The notes beneath the pieces were generated by a model. The model ran no database searches and had not been told where the DNA came from. It saw only the letters and a program-made list of their open reading frames with translations. Source: a bacterium (GTDB lineage: Bacteria > Patescibacteriota > Patescibacteriia > UBA2196). Taken from it: a stretch of DNA of 64,000 nt. The position numbers and the translations under genes are program-made. The DNA lies in NCBI GenBank assembly GCA_035387885.1, contig DAOOOW010000002.1, positions 7,869-71,868 of the forward strand. Direction: 5' to 3'. Of this stretch, positions 17,676 through 25,976 are shown piece after piece. How positions within the stretch are numbered: position 1 is the stretch's first letter; each line of letters starts with the position of its first letter.

Positions 17676-18356
17676 ATGAAAAATATTTTCATAATTCCAG
17701 GCTATGGGATACCTAAAAATATCTTAAAAGATGAACCATGTAAAAGATATTTGGGTTTGGTTTTTAATCAAATTTATCAAATTTGTTTAGATAAAAAAGA
17801 GCATAAGCCCATAATAATTTTTTGTGGTGGGCATACGGATATTTTTAAGCCTTATAAAAGAACAGAATCTGCAGAAATGAAAAAACTATTTTTATGGTTT
17901 GCCAAACGAGATTTTGTTAAAAATTATACTAAGAGTTGGCAATATAAAATAGAAAATAAATCATTATCAACTGTTGAGAATTTACTATTTGTTAAAAAAA
18001 TTACTGATACATTAAATGGAGAAAAATATTTTTATATTTTTGTGGAGTATACACGGATATTTAAGATAAAAACTTTTGCCAAAAGGATATTTGTTAATAA
18101 ATTTTCAATTATAGATTTAGATTTTGATTTATCCATTAATCGTTATAGAGATCCAGAATTTATAAAGAAGAAAGAAAAAATAGAGATTAAATTTGGCTTA
18201 AAATCTATAAAAGATTATAAATTTTTGTTAGAGTACAGAAAGGTTTTACACGAAAGATTGTCTTTTTTCAGAAATCTTGGTCCGCAACAGCATAAAGAGG
18301 CAATTAATATTTGGTGGCAAAATAAAATAAAAGAATTAGAAAATATGGGCGCTTAG
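17676..18356 (+). CDS. DUF218-domain protein (YdcF/SanA/ElyC family)
   Basis: IIIFCGGHTD ... RTESAEMKK ... SLSTVENL blocks typical of DUF218. The 3' end overlaps the tRNA-Val start by about 10 nt. Confidence 0.5.
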   Translation: MKNIFIIPGYGIPKNILKDEPCKRYLGLVFNQIYQICLDKKEHKPIIIFCGGHTDIFKPYKRTESAEMKKLFLWFAKRDFVKNYTKSWQYKIENKSLSTVENLLFVKKITDTLNGEKYFYIFVEYTRIFKIKTFAKRIFVNKFSIIDLDFDLSINRYRDPEFIKKKEKIEIKFGLKSIKDYKFLLEYRKVLHERLSFFRNLGPQQHKEAINIWWQNKIKELENMGA

Positions 18357-18423
18357 CTCAGCTGGTTAGAGCGACTCGTTTACACCGAGTAGGCCAGGGG
18401 TTCGAATCCCTTAGCGCCCACCA
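18347..18423 (+). tRNA. tRNA-Val (anticodon TAC), CCA encoded
   Basis: Acceptor GGGCGCT/AGCGCCC, anticodon loop TTTACAC, T-arm GGTTCGAATCC, 3' CCA. Confidence 0.85.
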
Positions 18424-18430
18424 AATTGAA

Positions 18431-19549
18431 ATGGATCTAATAAAACATCCCAATCCAGAAATTAAAAATGGAGATAACGAGTTATTAGTAGCACATCCTG
18501 ATTTTTTAGAGCAATTAAAAAAATTTCCGTTAAAGATTCAAAGAGATTTTATGGAATTGTCTAGGTGTTCTCAGTTGATGATTTTACAAACAGAGAAAGT
18601 GCGTAAATCAAATAAAGAAACAAATAAAAGTAGAAGTTTTTATATCGAGACAGGAACAGAGGAACAGTGGGAGGAAATTAGTCGAGAAATACGTCATGAA
18701 AAAGGAGATTATTCTGAAGAGGAAATTGAGGAAATGGATTTGTCGGAGATAGAATTGATTATTAGACAAGTTTTACATTCTTTTTTTCGATATTTAAAAG
18801 AAAGGGAAGGAATGGGTGATAGATTTTTCGTCGATCAAGAAGTTGTTAAAGAATTATTGAATTTATTGTGGTCAGGTCGTAAAGAAAATTCTTTCACTTC
18901 ATTTGAACCAGATTATTATAAAGAAATAAGAGCTGAATATGATAGATTGAACGAAGAAAAGAGGAAGCTTGTTGCAGAATTACAAAAAATGGCAACTAAA
19001 AAACTTAATCGGCCGATGAAAAAAAGATTTACAGATTTAAATGCATTATTAGTTCAAGAATTTGGTTATATTTTTCGAGGTGTTGATGGAAGTAGTTATG
19101 AAAGTGAATGGGGTGGTGCTCCTAAGAAAGATCGTTTAAAAATTTTAAAAAGTGAATTGAGTTTACAACAAAGCGAAATAACTCAGCAAAAAACTTTGGC
19201 CTATGCACTTAAATATTTTAGTGCTGAAGAATTTGCAGTTATATTTAACGAGATTTTAGAATCCAGAGCTTCCTTTTTAAGGAAGAAAAATCCAAAATTT
19301 CTTAATGACGCGATTAAGGCAATTGAATCTTGGTTTGTTTTGCATGAAAGTGAAAAACCGCTTAAAGAAAAAAAAGAATTAACTGGCGATAAAAAAGAAA
19401 AAATTGGAAAAATTATAAAACATTTTTGGCGATTATTTAATTCTTATTTACGGCTTTTAAAAGAACCTAGTGCCGAAGAACAACAATTAAGTGGAACAGT
19501 TAGTCAATTAAGTGTTGCGCTTAATCTTCTTAATAAAATAAATTCTTAA
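18431..19549 (+). CDS. Hypothetical protein (372 aa, highly charged, predicted helical)
   Basis: Long ORF with a consistent codon style and no recognisable motif. Lies between tRNA-Val and tRNA-Ala. Confidence 0.5.
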   Translation: MDLIKHPNPEIKNGDNELLVAHPDFLEQLKKFPLKIQRDFMELSRCSQLMILQTEKVRKSNKETNKSRSFYIETGTEEQWEEISREIRHEKGDYSEEEIEEMDLSEIELIIRQVLHSFFRYLKEREGMGDRFFVDQEVVKELLNLLWSGRKENSFTSFEPDYYKEIRAEYDRLNEEKRKLVAELQKMATKKLNRPMKKRFTDLNALLVQEFGYIFRGVDGSSYESEWGGAPKKDRLKILKSELSLQQSEITQQKTLAYALKYFSAEEFAVIFNEILESRASFLRKKNPKFLNDAIKAIESWFVLHESEKPLKEKKELTGDKKEKIGKIIKHFWRLFNSYLRLLKEPSAEEQQLSGTVSQLSVALNLLNKINS

Positions 19550-19568
19550 ATTAATAGTTTTATATTTT

Positions 19569-19820
19569 ATGAAATACGTCATTTCTATTTTGGGTTTGAT
19601 TATTGGTTTTTTTCTGGTTATTAAAACGGAATGGATGATCCGGAATTTTGGTTATTCAGAATGGGCGGAAACAAAATTTGCTATGTGGGGCGGTTCGCGC
19701 ATGGCCTATAAATTGGGTGGTATAATAATTATTATTGTGTCTATAATGTGGGCGACTGGTTGGGCCCAAGATATTTTAGTGGCCATTTTTACCCCAGGCA
19801 AAAGAATTGGAATTGAATAA
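19569..19820 (+). CDS. Small membrane protein (hypothetical)
   Basis: 83 aa with two predicted TM helices. Confidence 0.35.
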   Translation: MKYVISILGLIIGFFLVIKTEWMIRNFGYSEWAETKFAMWGGSRMAYKLGGIIIIIVSIMWATGWAQDILVAIFTPGKRIGIE

Positions 19821-19906
19821 AAAGCGAATAATGAATTATGAATTATGGTTTTTAATTTTTTTATTTTTCCCGTTATTCATGATTCATAATTCATAATACA
19901 AATTTT

Positions 19907-19982
19907 GGGCCCTTAGCTCATTTGGTAGAGCACCTGCTTTGCAAGCAGGGGGTGACCGGTTCGAGCCCGGTAGGGTCCACCA
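19907..19982 (+). tRNA. tRNA-Ala (anticodon TGC), CCA encoded
   Basis: G3:U70 pair in the acceptor GGGCCCT/AGGGTCC, anticodon loop TTTGCAA, 3' CCA. Confidence 0.88.
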
Positions 19983-20023
19983 TTTACTTTAATCGTTTGT
20001 TTAAAGAATAAAATTATCTGAAA

Positions 20024-20099
20024 CCTGCTTTGTATGCAGTGGGGGTTAAAAAGACACCCAAGTGTCTTTTTAACGGTTCGAGTCCAGTAGGGTCCACCA
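20024..20099 (+). pseudogene. 3' fragment of a tRNA-Ala-like gene (anticodon arm to CCA end) carrying an inserted hairpin; no 5' half
   Basis: CCTGCTTTGTATGCAG anticodon-arm relic, inserted AAAAAGACACCCAAGTGTCTTTTT hairpin, then GGTTCGAGTCCAGTAGGGTCCACCA matching the Ala T-arm/acceptor/CCA. No matching 5' acceptor strand upstream. Confidence 0.6.
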
Positions 20100-20141
20100 T
20101 TTTTTTATATTATTTTAAACTATTTATATCTGCACATATCT

Positions 20142-20585
20142 ATGAGTTCAGAACATAAAGACACATATTTCGTCGCAGTAAAAGTTTTTTTTAAAAAAGA
20201 TGGCAAGCTTTTGATATTGAAAGACAATTTTGGAGATTGGGATTTGCCAGGTGGCAGGATTAAAAAAGATGAGTTTGAGGCTCCACTTGACCAGATTATC
20301 AAACGTAAAATGTCCGAAGAATTGGGTAACGACATTAAATATACTATTGGTAAACCAATCGTTTTTTTAAGACATGAAAGAGTTGAACAGAGTGAAGGAA
20401 ATCCAACCGTAAGGATATTTGCTGTTGGTTATGAAGGTGTTTTGGAGAATGGGACAATTCAGCTTTCGGAAAGGCATCCAGAAATGCTCTGGGTTGATCC
20501 AAATGATTTTGAGCCCGAAAAGTATTTTAAAGGAGGTTGGTTGAAAGGAGTCCGCGAATATTTGAGCATTCATAATAAAAATTAA
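20142..20585 (+). CDS. NUDIX hydrolase
   Basis: GGRIKKDEFEAPLDQIIKRKMSEELG NUDIX box. Confidence 0.65.
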   Translation: MSSEHKDTYFVAVKVFFKKDGKLLILKDNFGDWDLPGGRIKKDEFEAPLDQIIKRKMSEELGNDIKYTIGKPIVFLRHERVEQSEGNPTVRIFAVGYEGVLENGTIQLSERHPEMLWVDPNDFEPEKYFKGGWLKGVREYLSIHNKN

Positions 20586-20717
20586 TTTTGATAATCTGGT
20601 GTCAAAACTGGCACAGACGCAGTTCGCCAATAAAAATTTCACCCTTAGGATGAAATTTTTATTTTGTAAAATTATTATATTTTTGCTAAACTAAAGCTAA
20701 TTATGTAAGATGATTTT

Positions 20718-22205
20718 ATGATTCAAACCAAAACTCTCACTCAAAATACCGCCTATTATACTGGCGCTTTAATTTTGCAAAAGATTTTGGCTTTTGTTTA
20801 TTTTACCTTTTTGGCTAGGGGACTTGGGGTAGAGGATTTGGGTAAATATAGTTTTGCTTTTTCTTTCACAACAATTTTTTCAGTATTCGTTGATGTGGGT
20901 TTAAATTCTGTTTTAACTCGTGAAATTGCTAAAGATAGAAATAAAACCAAGGAAATTTTGGTCAATGTGCTTGGAGTAAAATTGCTGTTAGGTTTTTTCA
21001 CCTATTTTTTAGTTGTGGCCGTAATTAATTTTATGGGCTATCCAGAATTGACCAAACAATTGGTTTATCTAACTGGTATGATTATGCTTCTGGATACTTT
21101 TTCAGCTACATTTTGGGGAGTGCTTCGCGGTCATCAAAATTTAAAATATGAAAGTCTGGGTATAATTTTTTTTCAAGTTTCGATTGTAGTCGTTGGTGCA
21201 ATTTTGTTATTAATGAATGTTGGTGTGGTAGCGCAAGTTTTAGCAGTCACGGCTGGCAGTTCTTTTTTATGTCTTTATTCTTTTATAGAAATGCGTCGTC
21301 GGTTGCATTTGAAATTGCAAGTTAGTTGGGATAAGAAATTAATTAAAGCTTTATTAAAAATATCTATCCCTTTTGCCTTAACCGGAATTTTAGCCAGGTT
21401 AAACACTCAAGTGGACACAATTTTTTTATCCAAAATTGGTTGTGTCTCCCAAAATATTTGTGATAATAATGTGGGTATCTATGCCGTAGCCACTAAAATT
21501 ACTTTAGCTATCCATTTTGTACCTTTAGCTTTTGTGGCGGCGCTTTTTCCAGCTTTGGCTGAATATTATGCTACTGATAAAAAAAGGTTGGCTGATGCTT
21601 TTGAAAAAGCCATGCGTTATTTGATGTTCATGGCTATGCCGATCGCTATAGGCATTGGAGTTTTAGCGCCAGATTTTATAGCCAAAATTTTTGGCGCAGA
21701 ATATGGATCAGCGGTTTTGCCTTTGCAAATTTTAATGATTTCTTTGCCGTTTTTGTTTTTGACTTTTCCCATTGGTTCACTTCTAAATGCCACTTCTCGT
21801 CAGATGAAAAATACCCGTCAAGTGGCTGTGGCTGTGTTAGTAAATTTTCTTTTAAATTTATATTTAATACCTAAAATTAATTATGTCGGCGGAGCTGTTT
21901 CTTCTTTAGTAAGCACTTTGGCAATGTTTTATTTGGGTCTTAGGGCGTGTAGACAAGTAATGGATTATGACAAAAAATTTTTATGGAAAAGTTTTTTGCA
22001 ATATCTTTTTTCTGCCACAATTATGGGCATAATTTTATGGCTGTTGCTTTTTAAAATTAATTTTATAATTTTAATTATTCTCGGTGTGATAATTTATTTT
22101 ATCTGCCTTTTTACTCTTGGCGCTTTTACCAAAAAAGATTTAGACGAAATGCTTTGGTCATTAAAAATTAAAAAAAATAATCCTCCTAATAATTCTGCCA
22201 TTTAA
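20718..22205 (+). CDS. Polysaccharide/oligosaccharide flippase (Wzx-like, MOP superfamily)
   Basis: About 14 TM segments. The N-terminal block YYTGALILQKILAFVYFTFLARGLGVEDLGKYSFAF is typical of Wzx/RfbX flippases. Confidence 0.75.
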   Translation: MIQTKTLTQNTAYYTGALILQKILAFVYFTFLARGLGVEDLGKYSFAFSFTTIFSVFVDVGLNSVLTREIAKDRNKTKEILVNVLGVKLLLGFFTYFLVVAVINFMGYPELTKQLVYLTGMIMLLDTFSATFWGVLRGHQNLKYESLGIIFFQVSIVVVGAILLLMNVGVVAQVLAVTAGSSFLCLYSFIEMRRRLHLKLQVSWDKKLIKALLKISIPFALTGILARLNTQVDTIFLSKIGCVSQNICDNNVGIYAVATKITLAIHFVPLAFVAALFPALAEYYATDKKRLADAFEKAMRYLMFMAMPIAIGIGVLAPDFIAKIFGAEYGSAVLPLQILMISLPFLFLTFPIGSLLNATSRQMKNTRQVAVAVLVNFLLNLYLIPKINYVGGAVSSLVSTLAMFYLGLRACRQVMDYDKKFLWKSFLQYLFSATIMGIILWLLLFKINFIILIILGVIIYFICLFTLGAFTKKDLDEMLWSLKIKKNNPPNNSAI

Positions 22206-22213
22206 TAAATATT

Positions 22214-23398
22214 ATGTCTGCTAAAGAAAAAACCCTCTTAGTCACTCTTGATTTTCCCCCTCTGTTTGGTGGCGTGGCTAATTATTATTTTGAACGAGTT
22301 AAGATATTGTCTAAAGAGGAGATATTTGTTTTAATGAATCAAATTACGGATTACAAATTACAGATTACAAATTACGATTTTAAAATTTATTATAAATCCT
22401 TTTTTACCAAATTGCTTTGGCCTCATTGGCTTCCCCTAATTTGGCATATTTATAGAATTGTTAAAAAAGAAAAAATAAATAAAATTTGGGTGGGGCAAGT
22501 TTTACCAGTAGGCACGGCGGTTTGGGGGATATCTCGTCTTTTGTCATTCCAGCGATCCGCCAGCTGGCGGATGAAATCCAGTAATTTTTTTAGTCGAAGA
22601 GATCCTTCGACTTCAGCCTCGCATTGCTCGGCTTCCGTTCAGGATGACAAAATACGTCCTTTGGCGTATTTTGTCACTTGTCATGGCAATGATTTGCTGC
22701 GCGCTAAAAATCAGCCACGAAAATTTAAAATTGCTAAACTTATTTTTCGTGACGCTGAATTTGTTGAAGCTAATACTGAATTTACTAAAAATATTTTAAT
22801 TAATGATTTCCAAATTCCAGCAGAAAAAATTAAAATTGTTTATCCGGTTAATACTTTAAAAAAGGAAATGGTTGACGAAAAAAAAGTTAGTGAGTTGCGT
22901 GAAAAGTATAATCTAATTGGCAAAAAAGTTTTATTAACTGTTGGCCGATTAGTGAAATCCAAAGGCATTGATCAAGTTATTTGTGCCTTGCCAAAAGTTT
23001 TGGAAAAAATACCAGATTTAGTATATTTAATTGTTGGTGATGGACCTGATAAAGAAAGATTAACACAGATTGTTGGCGAATTTGCAGGGACAGGTTACGA
23101 CCTGTCCCTGCCAACCCAAAATAATAAAATAATTTTTATTGGCAGTGTGCTAAACGAAGAATTACCAAATTATTATGCTCTGGCCAATGCTTTTATTTTA
23201 ACTCCGCGAAAGAATTATTTTGGAGATACAGAAAGTTTTGGGATAGTTTATTTAGAAGCCAAAGAATTTGATTTGCCTATTGTTGCTGGCAATGTTGGTG
23301 GAGCTAAAGAAATTGCCAAAGCTTACAATCAAATGCATTTGATTGATTCTGAAAATATAGAAGAAGTGGTAGAAAAAATAATTGCCATAATAAAATAA
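22214..23398 (+). CDS. Glycosyltransferase family 4 (GT-B, retaining) with three in-frame repeat insertions
   Basis: C-terminal GT4 blocks (VGRLVKSKGID..., ESFGIVYLEAKEFDLPIVAGNVGG). Insertions: ATTACAAAT repeat 22352-22380 (ITDYKLQITNY), 108-bp palindromic element 22542-22649, and hairpin TGCAGGGACAGGTTACGACCTGTCCCTGCC at 23084-23112. Confidence 0.7.
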   Translation: MSAKEKTLLVTLDFPPLFGGVANYYFERVKILSKEEIFVLMNQITDYKLQITNYDFKIYYKSFFTKLLWPHWLPLIWHIYRIVKKEKINKIWVGQVLPVGTAVWGISRLLSFQRSASWRMKSSNFFSRRDPSTSASHCSASVQDDKIRPLAYFVTCHGNDLLRAKNQPRKFKIAKLIFRDAEFVEANTEFTKNILINDFQIPAEKIKIVYPVNTLKKEMVDEKKVSELREKYNLIGKKVLLTVGRLVKSKGIDQVICALPKVLEKIPDLVYLIVGDGPDKERLTQIVGEFAGTGYDLSLPTQNNKIIFIGSVLNEELPNYYALANAFILTPRKNYFGDTESFGIVYLEAKEFDLPIVAGNVGGAKEIAKAYNQMHLIDSENIEEVVEKIIAIIK

Positions 23399-23402
23399 AA
23401 AT

Positions 23403-23429
23403 AAAAAAACGGTGGTTTTTTGACCACCG
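23403..23429. terminator. Bidirectional intrinsic terminator
   Basis: AAAAAAACGGTGGTT-TTTT-GACCACCG with A-run and T-run flanks. Confidence 0.55.
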
Positions 23430-23460
23430 AGATGATGTTTAAATCTCGAATTTATAATAA

Positions 23461-23802
23461 TTAATTCTCCTTTATATACAGTTCCCATTTATACGCCAAT
23501 AAAAACTTGCATAGGCCACTTATTAATGTTATTAATAAACAAACATTAATATACTGATTAATTGTAGCCATTGTTTTGATTCCTATTACAAAAACAGAAA
23601 TTGTGGGGATCAACATGCTCAGAACAACAAAAAATGGAAGGAGTCTTAAATTAGAGATTACCATTACCATCTTTTTTGATAGTTTTATATTTTCCTTGTG
23701 TATTTTGATTAATTTAGCCAAAAATGCCAAAATAGCACCAATACTCACGCCAACTAGACTATACATTCCAAGATTAAACCAAACAATCATTGTCTCATTC
23801 AT
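23461..23802 (-). CDS. Hypothetical membrane protein
   Basis: 113-aa ORF with three predicted TM helices between convergent genes. The opposite-strand ORF 23576..23839 is less protein-like. Confidence 0.3.
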   Translation of the reverse strand: MNETMIVWFNLGMYSLVGVSIGAILAFLAKLIKIHKENIKLSKKMVMVISNLRLLPFFVVLSMLIPTISVFVIGIKTMATINQYINVCLLITLISGLCKFLLAYKWELYIKEN

Positions 23803-23844
23803 AATTTATTGTCTCCAGTTTATAAATTTTAAAAAATAATTTTT

Positions 23845-24585
23845 ATGTTGCTCTCAATTATAATTCCAACCTACAACAATCAAAAAAATCTGTCAAGATG
23901 TCTTTTGAGTTTAAAAGAACAAACCGTTTTTGAATTATATAAAAAAGAAGTAGAAGTAATAATAATTAACGATGGTGGTGAATCTTTTGAAATGCACGGG
24001 GTTCTTCCTCTCTCGCATCCGCGGGATCGTCATAATGACATCCTTTATAAAATATTTACCATAAAACATTCTGGTGCGTCAGCGGCTAGAAATTTTGGTT
24101 TTACAAAATTAACCGGCCAATATGTTTTTTTCTGTGATAGTGATGTAATTTTTTTAAAAAATAATGCTCTAGAAAAAATGATAAAAATTTTAGAGCAAAA
24201 TCTAAACAAAGCTTACTGTTACTCATCGTTTAAATTTGGTTGGAAAATATTTAAATTATTTTCTTTTGATCAAGAAAAATTAAAACAAAATAATTATATT
24301 TCCACCATGTCAATAATCCGCCGGAGTGCTTTGGAAAAATTATCATTTCCTAACATTCCTTTTGATGAATCTTTAAAAAAATTTCAAGATTGGGATTTGT
24401 GGTTGGCGCTTTTAAAACTAGGGGAGACTGGAATTTTTTTAGACGAAATTTTGTGGCAAGCCAAGTCAGGGGGCACTATGAGCAAGTGGATTCCTAAAAT
24501 TTTTTATAAAATATTTAAAAATAGTCATAAAGTTCAAGCTTATCAAAAAGCCAAAGAAATTATTATAAAAAAGTACAATTTGTAG
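23845..24585 (+). CDS. Glycosyltransferase family 2
   Basis: IIIPTYNNQKNLSRCLLSL ... NDGG ... DSD(V) motifs of GT-A/GT2. Confidence 0.75.
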   Translation: MLLSIIIPTYNNQKNLSRCLLSLKEQTVFELYKKEVEVIIINDGGESFEMHGVLPLSHPRDRHNDILYKIFTIKHSGASAARNFGFTKLTGQYVFFCDSDVIFLKNNALEKMIKILEQNLNKAYCYSSFKFGWKIFKLFSFDQEKLKQNNYISTMSIIRRSALEKLSFPNIPFDESLKKFQDWDLWLALLKLGETGIFLDEILWQAKSGGTMSKWIPKIFYKIFKNSHKVQAYQKAKEIIIKKYNL

Positions 24586-24651
24586 ATTGCAATAGATTGA
24601 TTGATTTTTAATGTTAATGTGTTAATATGCTAAAATGTTAATATGCTTTAC

Positions 24652-24723
24652 GGCCCGTTCGTCTAGTGGCTAGGACGCCAGGTTCTCATCCTGGTAACAG
24701 GAGTTCGATTCTCCTACGGGCTA
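24652..24723 (+). tRNA. tRNA-Glu (anticodon CTC)
   Basis: GTCTAGTGGCTAGGAC D-arm, anticodon loop TTCTCAT, GGTAACAGGAGTTCGATTCTCC typical of tRNA-Glu. No CCA. Confidence 0.8.
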
Positions 24724-24811
24724 TAAAAACATCTTTATCAGCAAGGTGTTTTTTGTTTGATATTTTAATTCGGGCCTTTTCTTTTTGCTAAAAAAAAGCT
24801 AAGATAGATTT

Positions 24812-25972
24812 ATGAAAATCCTCTATGCAGGTGGTGGCACCATGGGCTCGGTTAGTCCCTTAATTGCTATCCATCAGAAATTAGTGTCAAAGTATCCAGT
24901 GCCAGAGTATCAATGTTTTTGGTTAGGAACACATAATGGACCTGAAAAAGAAGTGGTTGAAAAGGTTGGTATAAAATTTGAAGTTATTGAAAGCGGCAAA
25001 TTCCGCCGTTATTTTGATTTAAAAAATTTGTTAGATTTTTTTAGAATTATTATTGGTTTTTTTCAAGCTCTTTATTGGTGTTTTAAATTTAAACCAGATA
25101 TAATTTTAACTGCTGGTTCATTTATCTCGGTACCAGTAGCCTATGCGGCTTTTTTCTATGGCGCTTCAGTTTTTGTGCATCAACAAGATATTGAAGTTGG
25201 CTTGGCCAATAAATTAATGGCCCCCGTTGCGAAAAAAATAACTGTAGCTCTAGAAAAATCCCTGCAAGATTTTGATTCCAAAAAAGTTGTTTTGGTCGGC
25301 AATCCTGTGCGTTTAAGTTGTTCTGTTCGCTCCAGTCTCCCTGCCTCGTCGGTAGGCGGGCCGACTGGAATGGAATTGTACATTAATGAGCACAAAGTCT
25401 CCAGCCAGGAGACTGGAGCGAACAATAGTATTAACGATTTTAAGTTTCAAAATAATTTACCAACTGTTTTAATTCTTGGCGGTGGCACAGGTGCCATGAC
25501 TATTAATGAATTAGTTTGGCAGTCGTTGCCAGAATTAATAAAATTTTGCAATATTATTCATATTACCGGTAAAGAAAAAAATTTGAATAATGAATCTGGA
25601 ATTATAAATTATGAAAAAAAATATAAAAATTTTGAATTTTTAGATGAACAAAAAATTTATTCAGCTATGCAGGTAGCCGAAGTGGTGGTTACGCGCGCTG
25701 GTATGTCAGCCTTAACTGAGTTGGCCTATTTTAAAAAACCAACCGTCATTATTCCCATTGCTGATTCGCATCAAGAAAAAAATGCTAAATATTTTGCTAA
25801 CCATGAAGCTGCTATTAATTTATCTCAAAAAAATTTAACTAAGGAAAATTTTGTCGCTCAGATAAAAAATTTATTAAATGATAAAAATAGACAACAAGAA
25901 ATGGGGGAGAATATGCAGCAGATTTTTATTGATTATTCCGGCGAAAAATATTTAGAGGAAATTTTAAAATAA
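24812..25972 (+). CDS. MurG-family glycosyltransferase (GT28) with a 100-bp repeat inserted in-frame at the inter-domain linker
   Basis: N-terminal KILYAGGGTMGSVSPLIAI and C-terminal TRAGMSALTELAYFKKPTVIIP blocks. The inserted peptide is VRSSLPASSVGGPTGMELYINEHKVSSQETGAN. Confidence 0.65.
   Translation: MKILYAGGGTMGSVSPLIAIHQKLVSKYPVPEYQCFWLGTHNGPEKEVVEKVGIKFEVIESGKFRRYFDLKNLLDFFRIIIGFFQALYWCFKFKPDIILTAGSFISVPVAYAAFFYGASVFVHQQDIEVGLANKLMAPVAKKITVALEKSLQDFDSKKVVLVGNPVRLSCSVRSSLPASSVGGPTGMELYINEHKVSSQETGANNSINDFKFQNNLPTVLILGGGTGAMTINELVWQSLPELIKFCNIIHITGKEKNLNNESGIINYEKKYKNFEFLDEQKIYSAMQVAEVVVTRAGMSALTELAYFKKPTVIIPIADSHQEKNAKYFANHEAAINLSQKNLTKENFVAQIKNLLNDKNRQQEMGENMQQIFIDYSGEKYLEEILK
25325..25424 (+). 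repeat. Palindromic element with 15-bp terminal inverted repeats (GTTCGCTCCAGTCTCC ... GGAGACTGGAGCGAAC) inside the MurG-like CDS
   Basis: Perfect terminal inverted repeats flank a roughly 70-bp body containing CTGCCTCGTCGGTAGGCGGG. Confidence 0.7.
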
Positions 25973-25976
25973 TTTT

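Noticed and set aside
23576-23839. Plus-strand 87-aa ORF opposite the minus-strand membrane ORF 23461..23802
   Set aside because: They are mutually exclusive. The minus-strand frame gives a more protein-like three-TM product and fits the bidirectional terminator at 23403-23429. Neither is certain.
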